A stretch of 64,000 nt of DNA from Candidatus Shapirobacteria bacterium (GTDB lineage: Bacteria; Patescibacteriota; Microgenomatia; UBA12405). The position numbers were made by a program, and so were the translations under genes. Below, piece after piece: positions 46,038 through 55,152 of the stretch. The notes below the pieces were generated by a model. The model made no database searches and was not told where the DNA came from. It saw only the letters and a list, made by a program, of their open reading frames with translations. The DNA is taken from NCBI GenBank assembly GCA_041661765.1, contig JBAZTV010000001.1, positions 71,755 through 135,754 on the forward strand, in the 5' to 3' direction. The stretch's first letter is position 1. The number at the start of each line of letters is the position of its first letter.

Positions 46038-46382
46038 TTATTTTTCTTTCCCGAATTTTTTCTTGATTTCATTGTTCAATTTCTCATGCCAACCAGTAGT
46101 CCAGGTTTTCGTGTTAAGTAAAAGTTCATCACAAAACTCGGCTACATCTTTTCCTGTGATTTCTAATACACGTTTACCATCCGCAACGCCAGCCTCAAAC
46201 AAATCAATCAGGTCGTATTGAACTTTTAACATGTCCATACTGTCACCTCCGGCATGATTCCACATATAATTTTGAATCTTTTTGAACACAAATTGATAAT
46301 CTTTTGGCATGACTTCGACTCGCGCCATCATCATTTTGTATTCTTTTTTATCACCAATAATTTTTTTTAAAAAATTTAACAT
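46038..46382 (-). CDS. DUF1048-like small protein (PadR-associated)
   Basis: 114 aa. Sits immediately downstream of the PadR regulator, with a 1-nt gap, a gene order common for PadR-DUF1048 pairs. Confidence 0.3.
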   Translation of the reverse strand: MLNFLKKIIGDKKEYKMMMARVEVMPKDYQFVFKKIQNYMWNHAGGDSMDMLKVQYDLIDLFEAGVADGKRVLEITGKDVAEFCDELLLNTKTWTTGWHEKLNNEIKKKFGKEK

Positions 46383-46383
46383 T

Positions 46384-46716
46384 TTAAACTTCCTCCTTTA
46401 ATTTATAAATTTTTTTTGAAACAAAATTCCATTTATCCCAAAATATTTTAAGCTCTCTTTTTCCATTTTCATTTAGAGAATAGAACTTTCGAGTAGGACC
46501 TATATCTGATGATTTCTTTTCAATATTAACTAATTCATTTTTTTCTAATCTTAATAATATAGTATAAACAGTCCCTTCAACCACATCGTCAAAACCCAAA
46601 GTATTTAATTTTTTTGTAATTTCATAACCATATATTTCTTTTTTACTAATAATTTCTAAAACACATCCTTCAAGGACACCTTTTAGCATTTCGGTTAAAT
46701 TATTCATATATTTCAT
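46384..46716 (-). CDS. PadR-family transcriptional regulator
   Basis: Winged HTH CVLEIISKKEIYGYEITKKL...GTVYTILLRLEKNELV. Confidence 0.8.
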   Translation of the reverse strand: MKYMNNLTEMLKGVLEGCVLEIISKKEIYGYEITKKLNTLGFDDVVEGTVYTILLRLEKNELVNIEKKSSDIGPTRKFYSLNENGKRELKIFWDKWNFVSKKIYKLKEEV

Positions 46717-46795
46717 TTAACTAATAAGTAGTATTAGGTACCTCTATATAGTAATACAAAGTAGTTAGTCTGTCAATAGGATGCAAACAACATTT

Positions 46796-46862
46796 GGCGG
46801 CGAAACATTGACGCATTTAGAACCTATTTTATGATTTCTAAATTAGATAAAATCTAAAATGC
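46796..46862. repeat. ~65-nt direct repeat, copy 1 (GGCGGCGAAACATTGACGCATTTAGAACCTATTTTAT...TCTAAAATGC)
   Basis: Roughly 80% identical by eye to 48348-48413 over its whole length. Confidence 0.7.
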
Positions 46863-46950
46863 ATTTTTCTCCAATTAAAATAATCCAAAAGGAAACGTAT
46901 GTTTTTGTAATAATGATACTATTAATATAATTATTAATTTAATTTTTTTA

Positions 46951-47682
46951 ATGAAAAAATACTTAATTTTGTCTTTCCTCTTTTTATTAGCAATTACTCC
47001 TGCTCTAGCTAAGGGTTCAACTGAAACTCAAGGACAACAAGCAACTGGACAACAAACAGCAGTTTCTGGCTCTCAATCAAATACTACTGGTAGCAACCAA
47101 GGTACTAATGGTCAAAACACGGTAACCGCATCTCCAACCAAAAAACCAACTGTTTCACCAACTGGTAATCAAATTAAAAATACCAATGAAGTCCAAACTC
47201 AAAACCAAGGTGAGGATTCTCAACTTAGTGTTAAAACTCAAGAATCTGAAAAGTTGAATCAAGCGGTTGATGACAGTTTAACTAAAGTTTCAGATCAAGT
47301 AAAAGAATTAATTGAAACTACTGGCGCCAAAGGTGGAATTGGAACTGAAGTTAAAGAAATTGCTCAAAACCAGACTAAATTACAAGATGAAATAGTTTCA
47401 GATGTTGCCAAGTTGAATTCCCGAGGAACAGTAGCTAAATTTTTTATTGGTTCAGATAAAAAATTAATCCAAACTATGGAACAAAAGATGGAACAAAATC
47501 GTCTCATGATTCAACAACTTGAAGAATTAAAACTCCAAACCAAAAATTCTGGAGATTTACAACAACTCCAAGAAACTATTGATTTGATGACTTATCAAAA
47601 TACTTCTTTACAAAACAAGATTGATAAAGAAAGTAAAACAAACGGGATGTTTGGTTGGTTAGTTAATTTATTTAATAAATAA
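46951..47682 (+). CDS. Secreted Q/T/S-rich coiled-coil protein
   Basis: Signal peptide MKKYLILSFLFLLAITPALA, a low-complexity T/Q/S region, then heptad-like repeats. Confidence 0.5.
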   Translation: MKKYLILSFLFLLAITPALAKGSTETQGQQATGQQTAVSGSQSNTTGSNQGTNGQNTVTASPTKKPTVSPTGNQIKNTNEVQTQNQGEDSQLSVKTQESEKLNQAVDDSLTKVSDQVKELIETTGAKGGIGTEVKEIAQNQTKLQDEIVSDVAKLNSRGTVAKFFIGSDKKLIQTMEQKMEQNRLMIQQLEELKLQTKNSGDLQQLQETIDLMTYQNTSLQNKIDKESKTNGMFGWLVNLFNK

Positions 47683-47821
47683 TTATTTTTATGAATATGA
47701 AGCCCTTTCCACATATGAGGCGGTAATTACTAAAATTGGTAATTTTGTTGGCGTCTTCACTAATCTTATGAACGCTTCTCAAGAAAAGCATCTAACTGCT
47801 TTTGAAAAATGTAATTAAAAA

Positions 47822-48217
47822 TTATTTCTGATGAGCTTTCATTAAACAAATTCCGCTGATTACTTCAAAACTATTTTCTTTAGCCAAGTTTTCTGCATCT
47901 AAATTTAGACTACCTTCCTGAAACCATATTACTGGTTTTTGATTAGATTTAATTATTTCTTCAACAATTAGTAGAACTTGATCTGATTTACGAAAAATAT
48001 CAACAATATCAATCTTGATATTGGAGGGAATACTACTAAAACTCGAATAGGATTTAAGACCAAAAACGTTTTCGATGGTTGGGTTCACTGGAATAATAGT
48101 GAAACCTTGAGAGATTAGATATTCAGCCACTTGGTAACTTGGACGATCAGGCTTATCGGAAAGTCCGATAATAGCGATGGTTTTTGATTTTTTTAGAATA
48201 TTTTCTATAGATAGCAT
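47822..48217 (-). CDS. CoA-binding domain protein (YccU-like)
   Basis: KTIAIIGLSDKPDRPSYQVAEYLISQGFTIIPVNP matches the Rossmann-like CoA-binding fold. 131 aa. Confidence 0.65.
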   Translation of the reverse strand: MLSIENILKKSKTIAIIGLSDKPDRPSYQVAEYLISQGFTIIPVNPTIENVFGLKSYSSFSSIPSNIKIDIVDIFRKSDQVLLIVEEIIKSNQKPVIWFQEGSLNLDAENLAKENSFEVISGICLMKAHQK

Positions 48218-48278
48218 GCTTAATAAAGCATACCATTTTACTCATTACAGGCTGTAAAACTGAAAATTATTAAATCCT

Positions 48279-48311
48279 AAAAAAAAACGAAGGAAACCAA
48301 GGGGTTTCTAG
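48279..48311 (-). terminator. Rho-independent terminator (minus strand) after the radical SAM gene
   Basis: Read on the minus strand: stem GAAACCCC/GGTTTCC around a TTGG loop, followed by T9. Confidence 0.6.
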
Positions 48312-48347
48312 TCACAGAGTTCAAGTCTGATGGAACCTTAGGCTGAA

Positions 48348-48413
48348 TGCGGCGCACCATTGACGTAATTAGAACCTATTTTATTAAATTTTTAATAAAA
48401 AGTCTAAAATAAT
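48348..48413. repeat. ~65-nt direct repeat, copy 2 (overlaps the last 12 codons of the radical SAM ORF)
   Basis: TGCGGCGCACCATTGACGTAATTAGAACCTATTTTAT...TCTAAAATAAT. Confidence 0.7.
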
Positions 48414-49242
48414 TAATTATTCTTTTGTTTTGATTTGTTATTTGAATTCCACCTCTTACAGTTTTTACCCCTTTTGTTCCCAGGCAATATCGGCAGTATT
48501 CTTTAAATCTCTTATCTTCTAAAAATGTTTTAACAATTTCTGATTTTTCAATATTACTTCCTGTATTTATAACCAATTTTCGGATATCAAGATTCTCTCT
48601 GTTAGTAAATTTAATTTTAAAATACTCCTCACTCCCATAAGCATTACCACAGTGAAACAATCTACCATCGACCAAAGTAGTACATACTTTAAATGCACAA
48701 TTGTCATATATTTCTTGCACCTTCTTATTATTATTATTTTTGTTTTCTCTGTGAATTAATAACCATCTTCCAACCTTAGTTGAAAAATAATATTTGTTGC
48801 AGGCAATTTTATTTTTTATTAATACATCACAAAACTTTTGTTGTCTTTCTCCTATATCTTTATATTGGCTTAATGTAATTCTAAAATCAGGATGCTTTAC
48901 TTTTTTTAGTGCTACTAATACGTTTTCTTTTAATGTCATTGTCCCATTAGACGTAATCCATATTCTAGGTATATCCAGTTTATCAATAGTGCGAATTATT
49001 TTTTCAATCTCAGGATGAGTAAATAATTCTCCACCTTGAATTTGTAAGTATTCAATTCTGCAAATTTTACAAAGATCTTTAATGTCTTTTATTATAAAGT
49101 CAATATTAAATGATTTTTGTTTAATATATGGAATCAAATTACAACAATCTTTACACTTTAAGGAACATTTAGTTCCGACCCATAAAACCAACATAGGAAT
49201 CGAATACATATCTTTTTTAGAAACCGTATTGCCATTTATCAT
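48376..49242 (-). CDS. Radical SAM protein (N-terminal CX3CX2C, additional C-terminal Cys clusters)
   Basis: GTKCSLKCKDCCN and the QGGE motif. C-terminal cysteines (CDVLIKNKIAC, CAFKVC, HCG, CRYC) suggest an auxiliary Fe-S cluster. Confidence 0.7.
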   Translation of the reverse strand: MINGNTVSKKDMYSIPMLVLWVGTKCSLKCKDCCNLIPYIKQKSFNIDFIIKDIKDLCKICRIEYLQIQGGELFTHPEIEKIIRTIDKLDIPRIWITSNGTMTLKENVLVALKKVKHPDFRITLSQYKDIGERQQKFCDVLIKNKIACNKYYFSTKVGRWLLIHRENKNNNNKKVQEIYDNCAFKVCTTLVDGRLFHCGNAYGSEEYFKIKFTNRENLDIRKLVINTGSNIEKSEIVKTFLEDKRFKEYCRYCLGTKGVKTVRGGIQITNQNKRIINYFRLFIKNLIK

Positions 49243-49263
49243 ATATTCTCATACTATCTTTTA

Positions 49264-49305
49264 TTATTTAAGATTACAACCACACTTTGTAAATTTTAGA
49301 CTCAT
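49264..49305 (-). CDS. 13-aa mini-ORF MSLKFTKCGCNLK immediately upstream of the radical SAM gene (speculative precursor peptide)
   Basis: Manual translation. No convincing ribosome-binding site. Very short. Confidence 0.15.
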   Translation of the reverse strand: MSLKFTKCGCNLK

Positions 49306-49350
49306 TTAATTTACTTATTAAGTATTAAGAAAGTATCAAAATATATGGCT

Positions 49351-49438
49351 TGGCGGAGGAGGAGAGATTCGAACTCTCGATGCCTTGCGACATACACGCT
49401 TTCCAAGCGAGCGCACTAAACCACTATGCGACCCCTCC
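49351..49438 (-). tRNA. tRNA-Ser (anticodon GGA), class II with long variable arm, CCA encoded
   Basis: Hand-folded. 7-bp acceptor stem (one G-U). D stem GCAT/GTGC. Anticodon loop TTGGAAA. Variable-arm hairpin ATGTC/GGCAT. T arm GAGAG-TTCGAAT-CTCTC. 88 nt. Confidence 0.8.
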
Positions 49439-49460
49439 ATTAAGGTACGAGTATTATAAC

Positions 49461-49973
49461 CTACTTTTTCATCAACTTCTCCAATTCTATTTTTGCCTTT
49501 TTTAAAAGCATCCTTTCACTATCATAGGCTAATTTTTCTTTAGCTTCTTCAAAACTAAACCATGATCTTTCTAAAACCATCTCAACATCATAATATTTCA
49601 AATTACTTTGTTCTAAATATTCCATCATAAAAAATGTCACCTTCTTAATGATTTTCTTTTTCTTTTCTTTATCCCAAATAATATAATCATTTGATCCCAA
49701 TTTAGTTATTACTTTAGCCTTAACTCTACCTTCTTCCTCAACCTCTCTCAGTGCTGCTTGTTTTAAAAATTCGCTTTTATCTAAATGACCCTTTGGAAAT
49801 TTATAAATCGACACATTCTTCCCTTTATTTTTTTCGCTTCTAAAATTAGAACCAGAGGCAGTCTTAATCAAAAGCCATAAAATTTTATTATTTTCAATTT
49901 TATAAACCAAGCCGCCAGCCGACCTTTCATCATAATACATCTCATCACCTATCTTCGCTGTCTCATTTTTCAT
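49461..49973 (-). CDS. NUDIX hydrolase
   Basis: Nudix box GHLDKSEFLKQAALREVEEEGRV. Confidence 0.75.
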   Translation of the reverse strand: MKNETAKIGDEMYYDERSAGGLVYKIENNKILWLLIKTASGSNFRSEKNKGKNVSIYKFPKGHLDKSEFLKQAALREVEEEGRVKAKVITKLGSNDYIIWDKEKKKKIIKKVTFFMMEYLEQSNLKYYDVEMVLERSWFSFEEAKEKLAYDSERMLLKKAKIELEKLMKK

Positions 49974-49985
49974 AAGTAGTCGATA

Positions 49986-50477
49986 TTATATCTTAATTTT
50001 ATCAATAATTAGGCTTGTCGATTGATGTGGAATTGATTTACTTACCTCTAATACTTTTGCCCCAACCTCATTAGCTTGTTTCATTTTTTTTTCCAAATTA
50101 TTATCATTTTCACTAACAGCAATTATTTCTGGTTTTAATTTTTTAATTATTTCTAAATATTCCTCATCGTTTTTCATTTCTGGTAATTTAATTACATAAT
50201 CTACCATTTTCAATTTAGTCAAAAAAACAGCCCTATTTTCTTGATTGTTTATCGGTCTATTTTGTCCTTTATTTTTTTTAATATTTTCATCCGATTCTAA
50301 AAGTACTATTAATATATCTCCCTTTGCTTTTGCTTTTTCCAAAAAAATCAAATGACCCAAATGAACAATATCAAAACACCCCCCAACCAATACAATCTTT
50401 AAAGCCGCCCTGTCAAGGGAGGTGATTTCGATTTTATCGAAATCGGAGGGTTTTTTCATATTAATTATATTTTTCAT
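49986..50477 (-). CDS. Cytidylyltransferase-like nucleotidyltransferase (TagD/RibL/NMNAT-like)
   Basis: GGCFDIVHLGH ((H/T)xGH Rossmann nucleotidyltransferase motif). The N-terminal 20 codons are encoded by a repeat element. Confidence 0.6.
   Translation of the reverse strand: MKNIINMKKPSDFDKIEITSLDRAALKIVLVGGCFDIVHLGHLIFLEKAKAKGDILIVLLESDENIKKNKGQNRPINNQENRAVFLTKLKMVDYVIKLPEMKNDEEYLEIIKKLKPEIIAVSENDNNLEKKMKQANEVGAKVLEVSKSIPHQSTSLIIDKIKI
50404..50454 (+). repeat. Double-hairpin element copy 8, encodes the N-terminal 20 aa of the nucleotidyltransferase ORF
   Basis: gccgccctgtcaagggagg + tgatttcgattttatcgaaatcgga + gggtttttt. Confidence 0.75.
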
Positions 50478-51370
50478 TTTACCCTTTTTCCTCTAGTCAA
50501 AATCTGTATCGGCACCAACATTAAATTATTAGTAATAGTATAAATTATTGACGGCAATGCCACTACTGGATTAAATAAAGTTAATGCCACCAAAGTTCCT
50601 AAAGTATAGTTTTTATAACTCGAAGTCACTGCTAATGTGATTTTATCCTCTTTTGTTTTTCCAATTTTCCACCCCAACCAAAAATCAAAAGATATTAATC
50701 CAATTACTATTAATATTAACCATATTGATCTTTCCCAATTATCTAATATTACCTGTCTTATGGGTGAAATTATTCCTACAATTATTAAAAATAAAAATAT
50801 TACCGATAAACCAGAAGCTTGCTTTATTAAATATTTTGCCAAACCCATCCATCTCACTAAAATCGCCGCTAATATCGGCACTGCCACTAACCACATAATT
50901 GTGGTTCCCATTTCTATTGGATCCATTTTAATACTAGTTTTAGCAAATAACCACACCAATAATGGCACTACAATTGGACTTAAGGCGTTTGAAATTGATG
51001 AAACAACCAAAGCTGTTTCTGGTTTCCCTCCATAAATACTCACCAAAAAAACCGATGCTCTTCCCGCCGGGATTACCGAAGCCAATATTAATCCTAAAAA
51101 TATTTCTTCACTCAAAAATCCTTTCAAAAATATTAATACTATTAATGGTGAAACTAAATGAACTATTGATAATATCAACAGTTGAATTTTAAAATCTTTT
51201 AATGCTTCAACAAATTCTTTTAAATCAATGTCCAAACAACTCAAAAACATCAACACCATCAGAAACAAACTAAGGTAAGGTTTTAATACTATTCCAAAAC
51301 TTGGCAAACCGAAACTAATTATTATCGCCAAAAATATTACCAGCCAAGTATTTTTTACTAATAACCTCAT
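50474..51370 (-). CDS. BASS-family (bile acid:Na+ symporter / SBF-like) transporter
   Basis: IPAGRASVFLVSIYGG...SSISNALSPIVVPLL resembles the PGG.aSN core of SBF proteins. About 9 TM helices. Confidence 0.5.
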   Translation of the reverse strand: MRLLVKNTWLVIFLAIIISFGLPSFGIVLKPYLSLFLMVLMFLSCLDIDLKEFVEALKDFKIQLLILSIVHLVSPLIVLIFLKGFLSEEIFLGLILASVIPAGRASVFLVSIYGGKPETALVVSSISNALSPIVVPLLVWLFAKTSIKMDPIEMGTTIMWLVAVPILAAILVRWMGLAKYLIKQASGLSVIFLFLIIVGIISPIRQVILDNWERSIWLILIVIGLISFDFWLGWKIGKTKEDKITLAVTSSYKNYTLGTLVALTLFNPVVALPSIIYTITNNLMLVPIQILTRGKRVK

Positions 51371-51373
51371 TCC

Positions 51374-51934
51374 CTATCTTACCAATCCTAAAGGCATATA
51401 CCAACTAAAAGGTTTTTTACAAACAGGACATTCAACTGGGGGAGCTTTACCTTTATGAATATAACCACAATTCACACATTTCCACTCTAATTCAGTTTCT
51501 CGATTATAAAGGGTATTAGCGTCTAAATGCGTTGCAATAATAATATATCTTTCCTCATGTTTTTCTTCCACCTCTTTCACTTCCCTAAATAATCTTTCTG
51601 CTTCCGCATCACCATCAATTTTTGCCTGTTCTTCAAAGTTTGGATACATTTCCGTCCATTCATGATGTTCACCCTCAGCTGCCATTTTTAAATTATCAAC
51701 TGTTCTCACACTATAAGGTTTAATCGATAAAACATCGCTCACACCCACCGGTTCTTTAATCATTTCAAATAATTCCTCAGCATGGGCTTTTTCTTGATCA
51801 GCTGTTTCCTCAAAAACCCTAGCAATCCATTCTAAATCTTCCTTTCTCGCCATTTTGGCAAACATATTATAACGATTTCTCGCTTGGCTTTCACCCGCAA
51901 ATGCTTTCAAAAGATTCTCTTGTGTTTTATTCAT
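51374..51934 (-). CDS. Rubrerythrin
   Basis: Ferritin-like diiron motifs (E..H pairs) and a C-terminal rubredoxin-like CVNCG...CPVC. Confidence 0.85.
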   Translation of the reverse strand: MNKTQENLLKAFAGESQARNRYNMFAKMARKEDLEWIARVFEETADQEKAHAEELFEMIKEPVGVSDVLSIKPYSVRTVDNLKMAAEGEHHEWTEMYPNFEEQAKIDGDAEAERLFREVKEVEEKHEERYIIIATHLDANTLYNRETELEWKCVNCGYIHKGKAPPVECPVCKKPFSWYMPLGLVR

Positions 51935-52018
51935 ATTAATTAATCTTAACAGAATAAATAAAATTTTTATTAAAAATTTTTTTCAGTTTATTTTCAGCTT
52001 TAGATTTATAATTAAACT

Positions 52019-52687
52019 ATGAAAATTTTAATTGTCGAAGATGAACACTTAATTGCTACTGCCATCAAAAAAGGTTTAGAGCAGGAACACTACACGGTCG
52101 ACATCGCTTTTGATGGTGAAAAAGGTTTTGATTTGGCTTCAAGTGGGGATTATGATCTAATTTTATTAGATCATATGCTCCCAAAAATGAATGGTATCGA
52201 AGTTTGTAGTCAACTTCGCCAACAACAAATACACACTCCTATTCTAATGCTCACCGCCAAAGGTCAAGTTGAAGACAAAATTAAAGGACTCAACAGTGGG
52301 GCTGATGATTATTTAACTAAACCTTTTGCCTTTGAAGAACTTTTAGCCAGAATTAGAGCTTTAACTCGTCGTCCTAAAAATTCTGCCAGTGAAATTATCA
52401 CCGTTAGTGATCTCTCTATAAATTTATCGACTTATGAAGTCACTCGTCATGGAAGACAAATCAATTTATCTAGTAAAGAATATTCTCTTTTGGAATGTCT
52501 CATGCGTCATACCAATAAAATTTTAAATAAAGATCAATTAATTCAGCATGTCTGGAGTTATGAGTCCGATATTCTTCCCAACACTGTCGAAGTCTACATC
52601 AGAAATTTACGTCAAAAAATTGACCAGCCTTTCAAAACCAAATTAATCAAGACTATCCGTGGTTTTGGATATAAAATCAGTGAGTAA
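52019..52687 (+). CDS. OmpR-family response regulator
   Basis: Receiver plus winged-helix domain. Close paralog of 33896-34564. Confidence 0.85.
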   Translation: MKILIVEDEHLIATAIKKGLEQEHYTVDIAFDGEKGFDLASSGDYDLILLDHMLPKMNGIEVCSQLRQQQIHTPILMLTAKGQVEDKIKGLNSGADDYLTKPFAFEELLARIRALTRRPKNSASEIITVSDLSINLSTYEVTRHGRQINLSSKEYSLLECLMRHTNKILNKDQLIQHVWSYESDILPNTVEVYIRNLRQKIDQPFKTKLIKTIRGFGYKISE

Positions 52688-52710
52688 AATTAAATGTTTA
52701 AAATAAATCG

Positions 52711-52757
52711 CCCTGTCAAGGGAGATGTCCTCCGAAATTTCGGAGGACAGAGGGTTT
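52711..52757 (+). repeat. Double-hairpin element copy 9, between the response-regulator and histidine-kinase genes
   Basis: gccctgtcaagggag + atgtcctccgaaatttcggaggacag + agggttt. Confidence 0.75.
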
Positions 52758-52768
52758 AATACAAAAAT

Positions 52769-53779
52769 ATGTTTAAACAAGCTAGATTAAAACTAACCGG
52801 CTGGTACCTTTTAATTATTATGGTTATTAGTTTTTCTTTCAGTGCTCTTATTTACCAAATAAGTAGCATGGAAATTATTCACTTTGCCGAGTCTCAACGA
52901 ATCCGAATTGAAAGAAGAATAAATTCTTCTTATCCAAATTTACCTCCACCACCAATGTTAGTCGATACTGATTTAATCATTGAGAGTCAACAACGCCTCT
53001 TAACCAATTTAACCGTCATTAATTTTTTTATTCTTTTAATTTCTGGCACTCTTTCTTATTTTTTAGCCGGTCGCACCCTTCGTCCTATTCAAAAAATGAC
53101 TGAAGATCAAAAACAATTTATTAGTGACGCTTCTCATGAATTAAGAACTCCCATCACTGCCCTTAAAGCCATGCTGGAAGTTTCTCTTCGCGACCCTAAA
53201 TTAAGTCTAGACGAGTCAAAAAAAGTTCTCACCGATGCTATTTATTCTACTAATCAATTAAAAACATTATCAGACTCTCTTCTTGAGTTAAATCAATTTA
53301 ATAATAAATCTGCTCTTAATTTAAATCCATTTTCAATTAAAAATTTAATGTCTGAATCTGTTAAAAAAATTAAACCCAAAGCCGATAAAAAACAAATTGT
53401 AATTAAATATAACCCAATTAATGGCCAAATTAACATTGATATTCAAAAAATAGAAGAATTATTTTTAATTCTTCTCGACAACGCCATTAAATATAGTTCC
53501 AAATCCAGTCAAATTAAATTCATCGCTCTTAAAACTAGAAAAAATATAATTTTTAAAATCATCGATCACGGAATTGGTATTTCCCAAAAAGATTTACCTC
53601 ATATTTTTGATCGTTTTTATCGGGCCGATAATGCTCGTACTAAAAATGGAGCCCAAGGTTACGGTCTTGGTCTTTCCATTGCTAAAAAAATAGTCGAATC
53701 ACACGGTGGAAAATTGGAAGTTGACAGCAAATTAAATAATGGAGCTACCTTTGTTATCTATTTGCCACGTTTCAGTTAA
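52769..53779 (+). CDS. Sensor histidine kinase (2 TM, HisKA + HATPase_c)
   Basis: H-box ISDASHELRTPITAL. G-boxes GYGLGLSIAKKIVESHGG. Confidence 0.85.
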   Translation: MFKQARLKLTGWYLLIIMVISFSFSALIYQISSMEIIHFAESQRIRIERRINSSYPNLPPPPMLVDTDLIIESQQRLLTNLTVINFFILLISGTLSYFLAGRTLRPIQKMTEDQKQFISDASHELRTPITALKAMLEVSLRDPKLSLDESKKVLTDAIYSTNQLKTLSDSLLELNQFNNKSALNLNPFSIKNLMSESVKKIKPKADKKQIVIKYNPINGQINIDIQKIEELFLILLDNAIKYSSKSSQIKFIALKTRKNIIFKIIDHGIGISQKDLPHIFDRFYRADNARTKNGAQGYGLGLSIAKKIVESHGGKLEVDSKLNNGATFVIYLPRFS

Positions 53780-53809
53780 CATTCAGAATTAGTTCTTACA
53801 ATCCCACTT

Positions 53810-55141
53810 ATGAAATTACCTAAAATTTTAAGAATAATTTTAATATTTTTAATTATTAGTGGAATTAGTTATTTTACTTATTCAAAAATAACTTCTTCTA
53901 CCAAAAAAATAACTTATAAAACCACTGAGGTTACCAAAGGTACTTTAGTAACCTCTATCTCTACCACTGGTACTATCACTTCTTCCAATAAATCTGCTAT
54001 TACCACTGGTGCCACTGGTACCATTAAAACTGTTTATGTCAAAGATGGAGATACTGTCACTAAAGGTCAAAAAATAGCCGAAATTACTCTTGATGACGAC
54101 GGTACTAATAATAAAGTTACTGCTTGGGCCAACTATTTAACCATGCAACAAAGCGAAAAAGCCGCCATCGCTGATCGATCAGCTGCTGATATTCAGATGT
54201 GGAATGATCGCCAAGCAGTTCTTGATGCCCAAAAAGAATATGACAAAATGATCGGCGGTGATTACAATGAAAAAACCAAAACCACATACACCTATAACGA
54301 AAGAGCCATTGTTACAAAAACTTTAACTTTAGCCAAACAAAAATTCACTACCGACGAAACCACCTACAACAATTATTCCGCTTTTATCACTAAAGCCAAA
54401 CAGCAAACTTCTATTGCTTTAGATAATTATAAAAAAGTTTCCTCCACTATTTATGCAACTTCTGCTGGTATTGTTAGTAATTTAAGTATTGCTTCGGGAG
54501 TTGTTATTTCTAATACCTCTGAGTCAATTACTGTTTCCACTGGTACCAATAGTAATGAAAACTCTTCCACTGTTACTTCTCATGCTGTCGGCAGTATTAC
54601 TAATCCCAACGGTCAATACCAAGCCACTCTTAGTCTATCAGAGTCAGATATTCCCAAAATTAAATCTGGTCAAAAAGTTACCCTAACCATGGATGCTTTC
54701 GAAGGTAAAACTTTTACTGGCACCGTCTTATCTATTAATGTTAGTGGGTCTACCAGTTCTGGTGTTACCACTTATCCTGTTGTTGTTCTTATCGATGATA
54801 CTGATCAACAAATTTATACCAACATGGCTGTTTCCGCCACAATTATTATTAATTCCAAAGCCGACATCTTAATTATTCCTTCAACTGCCATTGACACGGC
54901 CACTGACGGTACCACCACTGTCAGAATCATGAAAAATAATGTCATTTCCACTATTAATATAACCATTGGTGAAACCAATGACAGTGAAACGGAAGTTACC
55001 TCTGGACTCAACGAAGGTGAAACTATTATTTCTTCCTCAATTAGCAATGACTCTAAGTCAAATAATAATAATACTTCTGCTTTCAGCAGCTCTAATACTA
55101 GAAGTAGTAATTTTGGTGGCATGGGTGGTCCAGGAATGTAA
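53810..55141 (+). CDS. HlyD-family periplasmic adaptor (membrane fusion protein)
   Basis: N-terminal TM, a coiled-coil region, and a beta-barrel/MP domain (GQKVTLTMDAFEGKTFTGTVLSI). T/S-rich low-complexity segments. Confidence 0.65.
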   Translation: MKLPKILRIILIFLIISGISYFTYSKITSSTKKITYKTTEVTKGTLVTSISTTGTITSSNKSAITTGATGTIKTVYVKDGDTVTKGQKIAEITLDDDGTNNKVTAWANYLTMQQSEKAAIADRSAADIQMWNDRQAVLDAQKEYDKMIGGDYNEKTKTTYTYNERAIVTKTLTLAKQKFTTDETTYNNYSAFITKAKQQTSIALDNYKKVSSTIYATSAGIVSNLSIASGVVISNTSESITVSTGTNSNENSSTVTSHAVGSITNPNGQYQATLSLSESDIPKIKSGQKVTLTMDAFEGKTFTGTVLSINVSGSTSSGVTTYPVVVLIDDTDQQIYTNMAVSATIIINSKADILIIPSTAIDTATDGTTTVRIMKNNVISTINITIGETNDSETEVTSGLNEGETIISSSISNDSKSNNNNTSAFSSSNTRSSNFGGMGGPGM

Positions 55142-55152
55142 TTTAAATAATT

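Noticed and set aside
46796-49438. Integrative element inserted at tRNA-Ser
   Set aside because: No integrase or recombinase gene. The 65-nt direct repeats do not contain tRNA 3'-end sequence. No partial tRNA duplication found. This is kept only as an unexplained direct repeat.
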